Shown here piece by piece: positions 27,721 through 41,178 of a stretch of 64,000 nucleotides of DNA. The notes under the pieces were generated by a model. That model searched no databases, was not told the DNA's origin, and was given only the letters and a program-made list of their open reading frames with translations. This DNA comes from Podarcis filfolensis (Eukaryota). Positions within the stretch are counted from its first letter, which is position 1. Every line of letters starts with the position of its first letter. The position numbers and the translations under genes were made by a program. The DNA lies in assembly GCA_964270895.1 (NCBI GenBank), contig OZ185442.1; one strand, 5' to 3'.

Positions 27721-28307
27721 ACGGTTTTCCCCTTCCCCAAATTTCTCTGGCTGCAAACAGGGTAGAACATTTTAAGTGGTGATTCGCACCAGAGCCTTAA
27801 GCAGGTATAAGGCAGCTTCCTCTGGAACTGCAAAGCTGTAAGAGATTTAACAGGTTATGCAGTCCAACTGCCTCCTATGTCCCACCCTCAAGACCAAATT
27901 TTCGTCCATGTCTGAACCATCCACTCTAACCCCGCCTTGCCTGCCACTCCACCATCCTTCAGTCCCCAGCTTTCCCCCTCTGTTCCTTATGTCCTGCTAA
28001 TGCAGCCTAAATCCTCTGGAAACTGGTCATGTCATTTCAGTTTTTTGAACCACATCTAACATTCATTTAATGGATATTTAACACAGAAGAGGTGGAAAGA
28101 CAGACAACAGTAGTGGTGATGTTACTTTTTCATTTTATTATGGTTTTTTTTTAAAAAAAAACTTTTCCTTCTACCTGCCTCTGCATCCCATGCATGTACA
28201 TTGCTTCATTCTCTCTGGAGCACAGGCATTAAAAAAAGTCCCCCTGTGCTATTTTTCAAATGGTACTGCTCTTGTACAACTCCAAGAGGGTTCTGAAATA
28301 GGTGATA

Positions 28308-28648
28308 AAAGGACCCCTGACCATTAGGTCCAGTCGTGACCGACTCTGGGGTTGTGCGCTCATCTCGCTCTATAGGCCGAGGGAGCCGGTGTTTGTCCGC
28401 AGACAGCGGCCAGCATGACTAAGCTGCTTCTGGCGAACCAGAGCAGTGCATGGAAACGCCGTTTACCTTCCCGCTGGAGCGGTACCTATTTATCTACTTG
28501 CACTTTGACGTGCTTTCGAACTGCTAGGTTGGCAGGAGCTGGGACCGAACAACAGGAGCTCACCCCGTCGTGGGGATTCGAACCGCCGTCCTTCTGATCG
28601 GCAAGTCCTAGGCTCTGTGCTTTAACCCACAGCGCCACTCACGTCCCC
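28308..28648 (-). mobile_element. Sauria SINE, full length with small internal deletion
   Basis: Highly similar to 42005-42370. Perfect 13-bp TSD gaaataggtgata at 28295-28307 and 28649-28661. Confidence 0.94.
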
Positions 28649-30432
28649 GAAATAGGTGATACTGCACACTAATATGGTTGTCCCATATTCGATGCAACAG
28701 AAAATGAAAGATAAGAAACTGTGTATGTAATTTTTAAATGTGTCAGGCACAAGAAGGATTCATGTTTACTATGTCTTTATGTTTTCAGCTGTTCCTGCTA
28801 ACACTCCCTTTCATGGTCCAACAGAATTATAGGGATTCTCATCTTGATACTGGAGGGTGGGAAGGGGGTTTTGCCTGTCAGTGATACATAATTTTCTCTA
28901 CGAAGAAAATTAGAACTCCATGAGCAGAGAGAAAACCGTCCCCAATGCTGCATTTCTGGACCACAAAGCCAGGGACAGGGTTTTCCTGTACCACAACTTG
29001 CTTAATAAAGAAAAGATGTGTCACCTAAAGCTCATCCCATCTCGTATGATCTGTGATCTTCGACATATGGCTGACATGTTGCATTGGCCCCAGGAAACAC
29101 AGACAAGGGGAAGACTCCCACTACAGTGTCAAAAAAACGTATTATGCTTTCCCAACCATTAAAGCTGTAAACTGGGCCAACAACCATTTGCCAGTTTGCC
29201 TGTGCAATATATATATCCAAGGAACTAATCATTTCAACTGTATCTTGGATGAACTTTCAATTCTGTCTATGAAGCACGCTTAGTGAAATATTCCTTTGTA
29301 ACTCCATTTTAAAAAAGATAAGAATCCAGTATATAATTTTGCAGGTGTTAAATAGAAATTTAAACATCCTAGCCTCCTCAACATGACCAAATAATGTACT
29401 GAACAGATTCAAACAACAGCAACCACAGGGAAAAGGGGAGGGAAAAGAGAAAAGAAGAGAATCTGATCTTGCACATTTTTCACATCAGGCTTGGGTCCTG
29501 TTTTCCTTTATAAGTAGGTTGAAAAAAGAAATGATTCACAAACACTCCCACCAACATTTAAATGTTGAGATGTTTATGGTGTCTTCCATATGGAGGTCGA
29601 TTGCTCCAGCTAGCCTGCAAGCAATGGGAATTAAAAGCCACAATAATGATGAGAACGTGAATCCAATAACTCCCAGCCTTGCTGGGAGAACACATCAGAT
29701 AGTTGTGACCACAGAGTTGTCTTTGTTTATGCTGTTTTGCAAAGCTTCGTATGCTGCGATCAGCTCTGCAGCTTAAAGTGACTTAATGAATAAAATCTGC
29801 TAAAGAGATAACTGGCTGGAGACTGGCTGGAACACTAAGGTTGGGGAAGGACAACGCTCAGTAAATAAAATTACTGGTGTAACCCACCCAAATTCAAAAG
29901 ATACAAGTTAAAGCTGCTAGACTACTCTCCTCTAGAAATTTTTGCTAATAACATGAAGACTCTTTTTTTAAAAAAAAAAAAAACATGGCTGGCACAGCAT
30001 GCAATCCTGAACACTGCTATTTTTAAGTTAAATGCTAGTTGGTAGAAATTGGACTGCTTCATTTACATCATCTGAAATGGGTGTGGACTTAAATATTTTT
30101 ATTGCTCTTGCCTTGGATGTTTTTGGTTGTTGTTTTTCAAGGCTGCACAGGAAGCTGTAAAAACTTTCAGTCCATAAAATGCATAAGGTCTGTAGAAGTG
30201 GCCAAGGGAAAGTGGCTCTGAGAGATCCACTTCTTGATACTGGCCCTCATTTATGAAATTCACTGAGACAGGCCGGCCAGAGTTGGGGGAATTGTAGAAT
30301 ACATATTTTACAATAAACAAGCAAACAACATCCTTTGGACCAGAGCAGTCCAACACATGACCCTCCAGGCTTCCCCCTGCCCCAGCCATTGTACTGCTTT
30401 CCTAAAGCCAGGTAAGCAAAGTGCCAGGCTAT

Positions 30433-30573
30433 GGGAAAGAGGTGTGAGGGCTCTGACAGGGTCCTTACTAGAGTCCTCCATCCTCCTTCCAAAGGCCTAA
30501 TTAGTGCTTTCCCAATTTTGGGAAGGAGATGGGAGGGCTCTAGGACCCTGCTAGGGCCTTGTGTCTCCTTCTC
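30433..30573. repeat. Imperfect long inverted repeat (about 60-bp arms, about 23-nt spacer), origin unassigned
   Basis: Left arm cagggtcc..tagagtcctccatcctccttccaaa versus the reverse complement of the right arm, cagggtcctagagccctcccatctccttcccaaa. Confidence 0.7.
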
Positions 30574-32605
30574 AAACTTGGTGCCTTGCTTAGTCAGTTT
30601 TGGGAAGGCAGCATGAGGGATGGGGTGTGTGTCCACTCCCACGCAACAAGGCAGTGTGTGGCCTGAGAGTTCCATGTTGAAGTATTCTTATGGCCCACTT
30701 GGTATGAAAGTTTGGACTGCCCTGCTCTGGACAAAAGCAATGAGAAATTTACTCCAAGGAGAAAGTAAAAAGATGCTGTAGATATTACAGGTTGTATCCA
30801 ACACTGTGTGCATGGAGTTCCACTCATGCAATGAGACTTCCCCTTTCTACTCCCCCCCCCCCTCTCCACAATCTGCTCTTGAGAATAAGATTTTGAGGAG
30901 ATGCAGGTGGTGCAAGGAAGAATGACCAGGTTTGTGGTGCAAGAAGAACAACAGCACTGGATACAACCATATATATCAGGAACTAACATATTAGGACCAG
31001 ATTCACTGGCACGCAAAATAACACAGGCCCCAGAAACAGGAGTGCGGCCTGCAAACTAATTAGTAACCTCTCTCTTTCTCTTTCTGAAGGGGTCTCAGGC
31101 TTACTTTACCCAAAAAAAGCCTGTGTTCATAGTAGAAAATCATGAAACAACAAGCTGCTTTATGAGCTAGTAGCTAATTATGTTGGGAGCCCTATGCCAT
31201 CTTACATTCATTCTCTCATAAAGCAGAAGGGCTCAGAGAGTTCCCTGTCTCCAAGCAAATGTCAAGCATGAACATATGGCACAAGGCTAACCAACACTTT
31301 ATAGGAACACCCACGGAGTATGTTGAGGATGGAAAAAGACAAAATTAATGCAATCAAACCAAGATTACATTTCACACAGAACTACCAAAAGAACAGATGG
31401 GAAATGAAAAAAATCTGATGCTCTACCAGCTTTTCTATCCCAGGCCTGTCAACTGTAATTAGCTCTGCCTAAATAACTACATGGAAGTAGTAACAAGGGT
31501 TTTCTGCTCTGGGGCAAGACCTTGTCCTGTTGTGGCCACCACAGCCGCCACCACTTTTCCCCTTATGTGGCAATGAGAATGGAAAGGAACTCTTCAGTAC
31601 TCTCCACCACACATTTGCACTTGGTGCTCCTACATTAACTTTCCTTACCTTCACACAGTTTGGGGGTGTAACTCAACTGCCTGGGAACTACATGCAGTTT
31701 CCGAGGCACAGTTTTGCCTAATTCTATTAGCCGCAGTCAAAGGGATTGGGGGTAATATCAGGATTTGTTTAAAAGGGGAAACAATAAGATCAGCCCCAGA
31801 AGTGCATGTGATTCACAGACATAAGGCTCAAGGAAAGTGAGGAAGGGGATGAGAGAGAAAAGCAGATTTATTAAGCACATCCTTCCTGATACTCTTTGCA
31901 GCCTCAGGTCATCTGTGCAGACAGCTGGAGAGGTTGACGAAACTGGTCCTTCATTTGGCTTTTCCAAAAGTGGCATGTCCATATTTCCTAAATGTCAACT
32001 TGCTCCTAAAGTTCAAAAAGTTATACAACTTTGGACTAGAGATGGCTGTTTAATAACATATAGAAACAATGGCTCATAGTTAGCTAAAGTAATTTCACAG
32101 CCAGAACCTTTTAAATGAAATAAAGAGAAATGCCAGCTCCCCAATTTGACTCTCCACCCATATTTGCCTTAGAGCTCTTTTTATTAGGCTGTAAAACTTC
32201 ATGTTCATTGAAACAAAATATTTTCATTTAGCAGAAGACTTCCTTTATCTACATAACTTTGACCTTGGAAACTGGGGTGTGACACAGCTTTTGAGCCTGG
32301 AATAAAGGGTAAGCCTCAGGGATGGGTGAACTGGGAAGTCACCTGGTGTGCCAAACTGAGTGGGGGGCACAAAGTTGAGTTCCATGGCATGTATCGTTTA
32401 CAGTGAACTAGGGTGAGGAAAAGCAAATATCTGTAACCTTTTTTCCAAGGTTCTATAGGTTGTTTAGGTACTGGGCTTTGAAAACCTATTTATGGAGGCT
32501 GGACCTTTGGCACCAAGCTCAGACTTTCAGCAAGCACAAACCTGCATCACCATTGTTGGAGTGCTTGTATTCAGTGAAAGCTCTATGTGGATCCATGCAG
32601 TAGAG

Positions 32606-32781
32606 GTAAGCATCTCTTGTGGTAGCTTTTCAAGGTTGTACAAGAATCCCCATTCATTACTAACAACTCCCAATAGAGGCCGGGCAGGTTATGCAGACTG
32701 CATTGGGAGGGAGGTGTTGTTTGAGTGGCCTTCCACCTGCATAATATTTGGGTACAACCAAGAGAGCTCAGAGGTGCTTCC
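32606..32781. repeat. Decayed nested inverted repeat, possible old MITE
   Basis: Outer arms aagcatctct..agct..ggttgtac / gtacaacc..agct.agaggtgctt. Inner arms aacaactcccaat / attggga..gttgtt. Confidence 0.45.
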
Positions 32782-32986
32782 CAGTTCCCTGCTGTATGCA
32801 AACCTTGCCACTAGGGATGTAAGAAAGCAGTGACTTCTGCTCCACTGCAGTTTACTTTCCACCAAACACCACATTATCCATCTTGCTGTCCACTATTTAA
32901 AGTAAGTTATGTAACTTACATATCTTACATTATTTCAATGTAAAGGAAATGTCAACACAATGTTTAAAAAGTTATTTATTACTACT

Positions 32987-33330
32987 AAAGGTAAAGGACC
33001 CCTGGATGGTTAAGTCCAGTCAAAGGCGACTATGGGGTTGCGGCGCTCATCTCGCTTTCAGGCCGAGGGAGCCGGCATTTGTCCACAGACAGTTTTCCAA
33101 GGCATGTGGCCATCATGACTAAACTGCTACTGGTGCACAGAGGACCATGAGAAGTGCCAGAGTGCACGGAAATGCCGTTTACCTTCCGGACGCAGCGGTA
33201 CCTATTTATCTACTTGCACCGGCATGCTTTCAAACTGCTAGGTTGGCAGGAGCTGGGACAGAGCAACGGGAGCTCACTCTGTCGCAGGGATTCGAACCGC
33301 AGACCTTCTGATCAGCAAGCCCAAGAGGCT
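32987..33330 (-). mobile_element. Sauria SINE, 5'-truncated, different subfamily
   Basis: (ACCTTT)n tail on the minus strand and B box present, but no A-box end. The middle segment (accatgagaagtgccagagtgcacgg) differs from the other three copies. Possible short TSD tactac. Confidence 0.9.
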
Positions 33331-36300
33331 AATACTACATGAATGAATACCACTCATTTTTGTTTGACTGATTTCTATTCCTGATCACAGTTGAACATGC
33401 AAACTGCAGCAATTTCCATTTTCTTCCCATCCAAATTCTCCAGGGACCCTACCTACCACACATATACACACTCCACCCCATACTTATTACAGATATTTTG
33501 GTAGTTTGAAATAAAGGAGCAGCTGGCATGGTCTTTATTCGGAGTTTCACAGTCACAGCAATAATGTCACTTACATCCTTGCAGCAATGCACCACTGCCA
33601 AAGACCAAAGCCTTTGGCTCAAACGAACAACTGAAGGTTTCCACTAAACAACTAAACAAGGAATACACTACTTTTGGCAAACCATATGGTTATACCAACT
33701 AAATAAAGGCCACAAACTCTTAGAAGGGGTTTTTTTTAAAAAAAAAAGGCAGAAGAGATGAGCTGTACTGAAAACAAACCAGCTTTTGTCTGGGTTCTTC
33801 ATGACTGGCACACTCTCCCATTGCAGCTCACGCCAGAGTTTGTCAAAACACTGAACTAAAACATCACACCAACTTGGAAAAAAGGGACTGGGGGGAAAGC
33901 TTTTTGGTATAAGCTAGCCCTTTGTTCTACTTTGGGGTGGCTGTTCTAAACACAAATATTTTGCTATGTTTCAGAAGCACTGGGAGGCGGGGAAGACACA
34001 AATGCTATATTGATTTATGAAAAAATTAATTATTGAATACACAATGCGGTGATGAGACAAAAAGACAATGAAAAAGGAAGGAATGTTGCCCTCTTTTGAC
34101 TGAATTAAAGCATACACACACACCAGAAGTAATAGAAAGAATTAAGCAAATGAACAACAGAAAGTCAATTAATTTGATCCTCATATGCCTGCTTTGGCAG
34201 AGCTGAAAAATTGGCACCCACTAGCCAGTCCTCCCAAGACAAGTGTGTTATTCATTTGTAGAATGTTTTAATTAACAAGAAAATATTTCCTGTGCCTCAT
34301 GTAACCTCCTGCACTTCACCCCCACTTTCCTCCAAAAAGCAATTATGCTGTGAGGAATGCAGATGCTAGGACACCACTTGAGCTTCTCATAAACCAAAGT
34401 AAGTTTCAGGATCTTCTAGTTCAACAATTAAGTAGGTGAATTAAAATTCATCCCTGAACAGTTCTTCAAGTTTTCTCTCTCCTATCAGCCAAATCTCACA
34501 AGGATCCCAAAGCCCTGTAACCAGCCCCACACCCCTTTCTTCTTCCACTCTTAAGAAATGTGATGCTGTGCAAACAAGCAAGACAAGTGCACATTTTGGT
34601 GTATTTGTTACACAGGGTAGCACACTCATTATCACACAGGTTCAAGCTGGGTAAAAGCAGAAATATATTTGTTTCCTCCTTTTAGGGTAGCACTCTTCAG
34701 ATTGTGTTTTACAGCCTGTCCTGTGCACACTCCACACTCACGTAAGGAAAACAAGGGACATGGTAGTTGGACAGCAGTTCCATCAGGGTTAAAAGAGAAG
34801 TGAAGGGCAATGGAGATGGCAGAGGACCCAACAGCCAACTGGAGAGGCTCAGCCTGGCCATCTGATGTCCTCCGACTGCCTGATTATGAACTGGGCTATA
34901 GATCCCAATCTGGAAGCCAACCATGTGCCAACTCTGCGCAACCGTCTGCTGCCCTTCCTGCATCCTCTACCTTTCATGCTCACAGAGCCACACTCTCATT
35001 CAATGAAAAGCAAATTGAGTCTGGTAAAAGCAATGAAAGGTGGGACTTGCCTTTCATTGAAAGTTCTGCTTGTAAGGAAGGAACTGGGTGATCTGTTCAG
35101 CAATGGATGCTGGAAAGAAGCAACCTTTGGATCAATCCCACTGCATATCCCAGGCCTGAGAAAACCAATGCATCAGGTTCTTTAGGAGAGCAATAATTAA
35201 TTGGGGCGGGGTGGAGCCCTCCACCCCTGGGGTTCTGCATTTTGAAAGGCTACTAGCAGCTCAGAGCCAGCCAAACTGGGGCAGTGCAATACAGTGTACA
35301 CATTTATGTGAAAATAAAAGGAAGTATGACTATAGGGTCTAGCAGGCACAGCATGGAAAGACATAGAAACGACAACAAAGGTTGCTGGAAGCAGGGGGAG
35401 TAGAAGCGAAAGGTCAGGGATTCAGATTTTTATACGGGTAAAATGAGGTAGCATGTGGCCAAGTACAAAAGTGTTAAGGGAGAGTTCTCATCAGATAATC
35501 AGAGAATCACAAATGAAGAATGCTTTTTTAAAAGGAGGGAGAGAGAGAGAATTATTTCCATAGATTAGGGATAGATTTCCCTAGAAAGATAGCTTTGTAA
35601 TCATTGCTATTCCACACAGAGGACAGTTTTTATTACAAAAAAAAAATTGTAATGAGATGAAGTCTAGGCCCAGACATCACCTTTGAAAGCAAAGAAAATT
35701 ATTTCCCCTTCATTTTAAAAGATTACCCTGTCTTATCATATCTCTCCTTATTACGTTTACAGCAATATTAAAACAAGATTTGGGTGAATAAAGAACATAA
35801 TATACTCCAAGTAAAGAACAGATCCTTTAAAGCACTGTAAATACTCCCGGCTGTGTGAGAGGAATTTTAATGGCACAACCCATCCTCTTAGGAGAACGCC
35901 AAAAATATGACAGAGGAATTATCCTTTTCCAGAAAGCTCCTTCTGCTCCACCAGAGACTAGTCCATGGACTCTGACACTCAGAAACCCCACCCAAAGAAG
36001 GCACCTGCAGGATATGAGCTGTACAGTCCCATGAAACTGCCCATGTGCGCCATGAATGGTATAGGATCCAGTGAGCATGGCGGAGCTCTGGTGAATCCCT
36101 TGTTCATTTCAAAAGAAGAAGCTGTCCCCTATACCTTCCCTTAGTGCATGCACATCTGAAACCAAAGCCAGCAGAGCCAACTTGCAGGTCTTTGGATCAT
36201 AGTGAGCCAAATGTTGTTTAAACAACATTTAAAAAAAACAGGTGTCTTGCCTTGATCCTTTTTGGGGTCTTGCAGCTGGGGCAACATTTAAACTGGGGGC

Positions 36301-36929
36301 TTCCTGACTCAGACATCTTAGCTACTGAGCCACAACAGCACTAATCTAAACAAAGTAGTGATGGCCATGAGGATATAATAGAGAAAGAAAGGATAAGAGA
36401 GTTTTTGGGGGCAGGTGAAGTTAATAATACTTGCTCAATACCTTCCTTCCATCTGTCAAGTTTCCTTAAAAGCAGGATGGCATTGGCATTAAAATACAAT
36501 ACATGCTTAAAAGATTCATGAGATTAAAAATAGCAACTTAAATTAACAAGTGCAGTTAAACTAATGGTGAGGAACGGTTACAAAACTGAGATGGAAACTT
36601 TGGGATCTTTTTAAATCCAAGAAATGGGATGTGGGGTGAGATTACATCACCATTCAAGTGACAATGACTAATATAAAGAATTAGACTTAAATGAATTCTA
36701 AGAATGTCTGCTGTTCTTGTAAGAGATTGCAGAGGGAATAAAATCTAGGAAAATATTGTATTAATTATAAAACTGGAGGTGTTAAAATCAGGAGTCCTGA
36801 TCTAGGAATGCTGCTACTTGAGATATAAAAAGATGGATAAAAAGAGAACTGATATTCTTAGAGAAAAGGCATTGATCTATTCTGACTAGCTGCCACAACA
36901 GAAGAAGCAACAAGTTTCCTCTACAGTTT

Positions 36930-37113
36930 GGGAAGGGCCATGGCTCGGTGGCAGAGCATCTGCTTTCTATGCAGAAGGTGTCCCAGATTCAATCCTTGGC
37001 ATCTCCAGGTAGGACTGGGAGAGAACCCTGCCTGAAACCCTGGAGAGTCACTGCTAGTCAGCATAGATAGTACTGAGCTATATGCAGCAAGGGTCTGACT
37101 CAGCTTCCTATGT
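36930..37113 (+). mobile_element. Squam2-like tRNA SINE, near full length
   Basis: gggaagggccatggctcggtggcagagcatctgc...cagattcaatcc (A and B boxes)...ggtctgactcagcttcctatgt. Confidence 0.8.
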
Positions 37114-39106
37114 ACTCTGGGCAGTCTCATAAAGCATAGAGTGCATCTATTTTATGGGGATGGCGCTTTTCTCTTTATGACACTTTCATATTTGCCCCTT
37201 ACAGCAGGAAATACACTGGCCCAGCACTGATCACAGGCAGCCAGAGAGCAACCAGCATGGGTTGAAACATTTCACATATTGGGTGTGGAAGTATCACTTT
37301 CTTATCAATACAGTCCTTGCAGTAATACATCTGAACTTTTTTATCTTCTCAGTCAGGCAGCATGAATGTCTATTCAGATAGTGGATTGGTTGGGGGCAAG
37401 TAAGGCTCAACCGCATGACAGTATCCTAATGGACTTTATGCTTTTAAAATGGCAATCCACTCTGCACTTTCAGGAGGGGACAAGCGATCAGTAAATATGG
37501 CTATAATGCTTAATGGCAACAAGTTAGATTAGCTGGTTAAAAACCATTCTGGTTGACTGAAAATGCACCCACTGATTAATCTGCCTATTTTAAAAATCTG
37601 TAAAATGATTCTAAGAGAAACACTTATGAACACAGTACATGCACCATCTTTAAAAGGGCATCGACTCCTTATGTGATAGAGAAAAGGAGACACATCTAAG
37701 ACAATGCCTGCTATGGAACACATCTGCATTACCTAAAAATAAACTTAGAAAGCTTTTTCTTCAGAGCTATGGTTTTCTCATGTGCAAACTTAGGCAGATA
37801 TAATTACACACCTGATTCACTAAACTTCATATGATTCATAGACCAATATTTCTTTAACCAGTTGACAGCCCCATAAATAAATAAATATCAAACCAAATTT
37901 AGTTCCCATTGTAATCAACAGGGCTTTAGCACGTAATTAAGGGCTGAAAGCCTCATTTTATTTCCAAGGGACCTTAAATGTGTTTAACTGGCTTTGAATT
38001 GTGTCTGGTGAAGCTGCCATTAAGCATACTTAGCAAACTACACTCCAGACTGAAGAGCACACCAATTCCTGCTGCTTACTTCTGAGAGCTTATAGTATGC
38101 CCAGCTGCTGAAATTCTCTTGAATACCAGCACCTGCCCTAATTTGCTAAAGTGTGACTCACTCTCTTGTGTTGGAACACTTATAACAATCACAGTATTAA
38201 GCATTTACCCTTCCCATTAAAGCATGAACAATTTTGCAGAGCAGCCATCAAATTTTATAACCTGTAGTAGACATTTTACATTCAACTTAATATCACAAGC
38301 CATTATACAGCACCCAGAGCTGTTATTCCAAAGCAGTAACTTCATGGGAGGATAGAGTTTTTTGCTGCTTTCTCTGCCATGACAAATAGCATGTAAAAGG
38401 AGGACGGCAACAACCTTCGCTTGCAAAATTGGACAGAAGTTATGTACATCTGATATGCCTTCATAATTTGCCTTAAAAAAAGAAACTAAAACTTTAAAAG
38501 ACTTACGCTGTTGAGGCACAGTTATAGTTCTTTTTTAATGCTCAAACAGAAACTGCTAAAACCTAAACTGTAAATAGGTTCAGCAATTTGTAAAATGCTA
38601 AACGACTGCTCTTTCTGCAATGGCTTCCCCCCAACTTAGAAGTATGAAAAGGGACTGTACAGATAATGATGCATATCTTTATCATATACTTAACAATTAA
38701 CTTCAGGTTCTTGTAAGCTGGGAAAACAAGGAACCAATCCACTCTTAACTAACAACTTCACAAACCCCATATTAACAATGAGAAATAATCTTTTGCTTAT
38801 GTTATTCTGCATTACCTTCAATATGTCAACAAGGCACCAAAACTAAATTTTTGGAGATACACAAATTTATTTGTGTGTTGATTTGAATAATCAGTTAAAA
38901 GACCGGTTGATAATCAAAACTACTTAACTACAATGGAGATATAACATCTTAGACATGCAGTTCAATCCTATACATATAAAGACTGAAGTTCTACTGTGTT
39001 CAGCGACACTTACTCCTTAGCATCTGTATTCAGGAGAACATGTATTTAATACATCATCTGTATTTAAGAAGAACATGGCAGACCCACTTCAGTAGCAGAT
39101 GGAAAG

Positions 39107-39270
39107 AACATGGAACATAGAAAGCTGCTTTATATGGAATCAGACCATTGGGTCCATCTGGAGCAGTACTGTCTGCACTGTTTGGCAGCAGCTCTCCAGG
39201 GTTCCAGTCCTGCCTGGAAAAGACTGAGGACAGAACCAGGGACCCTAGAGGCACAACTCCTGCCACATGG
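39107..39270 (-). mobile_element. Squam2-like tRNA SINE, decayed
   Basis: ggaacatagaaagctgctttatatggaatcagaccattgggtccatc...gctctccagggttccag is the reverse complement of the family's 3' half. This accounts for ORFs 39054-39569 and 39110-39352. Confidence 0.72.
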
Positions 39271-41178
39271 GTTTCTGGCTGGCTCTTACTCTCATCAACC
39301 CCAGGGCTGCAGCAATGACAGTAAACCACGGCAGGAACATCAGGGCTATTGACAAAGTTCTTGGCTAGCTGATGTGGGGCTATGCAGGAGCCGGGGGGAA
39401 ACACACATAAGGACCTGCCTGGATCAAGACCCGTTTCTGAGTCAGGAAGGGATGGAACCCATAAGCTCTGTGCTCCCTTAGAGCTCCAAGCTCCACCTTC
39501 CTGAAATGGAGAAATAAACAAAAACTCGCTCCACACAAAGAGTTCTAAGTGTGCATGGAAACACTGCAAAATTATTCACTGAAAAAAGTGAGTGCCAAGG
39601 AGATGCCCATTTGGAATACTTTACCCCAGGAACATAGGGATAAGACAGCTCCCAATTTTGGAAAGTTAAAAACCACTAAAGTTTATGTGGAAACTGTTTT
39701 AAAGAATGAAAACTGCAAAAGATTTCATCAAAAAAAGAATTGTCTGTAAGCTCCTATGAACACAGTTTTAAAGCTCTTCGCTTCAAATTAATATTTTAGT
39801 TTCTAAGAACTAGGGCAAATCCAGGAAAAGCTGTTTGCAATCATTTATCAACGAATTGCCAGTAATGACGCTAATTTTTCTCCTTTTCAATTTTTTTTCT
39901 TTAAAAAGGCGAGCAGTTTCTTGTTTCCAGCTGCACAGCGTTTAGTTTTTCATTTTGTTGTTTTTCTCCTAACAATCTTGTTTGTTTCTCCGCCTTGATT
40001 ATTCAAAGCAGATGTGCTGAAACAGGCAAACAGTTTTCGTGTACACAAAAGAGCGAAAGAGCCTCTGGCATTGGAGGAGCTGGAACAGGCCTTCTGAATG
40101 CCTGTGTCCCCCTAACACGGAGTTAGAGGATGCAGGAGATGTCCAGTGTCTCCGTTTCCTCTCCGTTTCTTCAAACCTTTAGAAAAGTGTGCAACAAAGA
40201 TCTTACTAGCACTGCCCTCTGTTGGTCACATGCAAATAACAGAAGGGCCCAGGAGAGCGAGAGAGATTCCAGCAGAATCAGCTCTTTGGCATGGATGCCA
40301 CAAAAGGCCAAAACACAAGAAACCTTATTAACATTTCTACATTATAATAAAAGACTATCCCCATGAGTGAGTGTCAAGATAGTATTTACAAAACAAAAAT
40401 TACTGAACTGGCCTATATTTAAAGCACCCACCTAATTGCATCCCGAGAGAAACCAAACTTGAGCCGTCAGTAAAGAGAATTAAAAGGATTACATTTGGGT
40501 GCTTAGCAACCTTATGTTTCATAATCTGAAGAAGAAAAAACTTTGAAAGCTGTGCATGCATTTATTTAAACTGCCTGATCAAGAAGATATCAGGGCAAGC
40601 AGCAATCTTTTAAAGCTGAAACTATACAATGTTTCAAGCTGAACCAAATTCTCACAAGCTTCACTTTTTATGTAGAAATTTGCACATTTGATGAGGGAGA
40701 ATCTTCCATTGAACAGATATGCACGAAAACAGAACGCATGTTTCAGCCTACGTCTGGAAGCTAACTAGAGCTCAGTAGTTTCGGCATCGCTCTACATTGT
40801 GTGAATGAGTGTGGGGTTTCTGCCAATTCATTTTTGAGCATAACTCAAAACGTTCGTCACTCTCTTTGAAGCTGTATGGTTTGGACACAGAGGCCTTCTT
40901 CCCACCACTGCCCGATGTGCTGCTAGTAGAGGCACTGGACAAAACCTTTTCAGTAGCAGTGCCCAGTTGTAGAACACACCCCCGCCGCCCCGTCTGAAGA
41001 TCTGTATGAGACTCCCATACTACAGGCAATCTCCCGCTTTGTAAATTTAAGTTTGTTCTGTTGGATGTTTGAATGATTTGCAACATCCCTAGCTAGTTGT
41101 TGCAACTGGTTTTTTCCAGGTTGTTCTGCTGCTGCTGCTGCTTGCTTATATTTAAGTAGATGTGCTGGTTATTGTTTA

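Noticed and set aside
29693-29772. Minus-strand peptide AELIAAYEALQNSINKDNSVVTTI* as a BANP terminal exon
   Set aside because: Only superficial LIA/EALQ similarity to the expected VLQGAQLIAVA and EALQP exons, and the acceptor context is poor.
34810-35185. Overlapping protein-like ORFs (PFIESSA resembling a small GTPase motif) and a 10-bp caatgaaagg / cctttcattg hairpin
   Set aside because: No other GTPase or transposase motifs and no convincing splice sites. A 10-bp stem is expected by chance about once in a window this size.
36930-39270. Inverted Squam2-like pair 2 kb apart as a dsRNA source
   Set aside because: Both copies are decayed with short overlap, and no exon lies between them.
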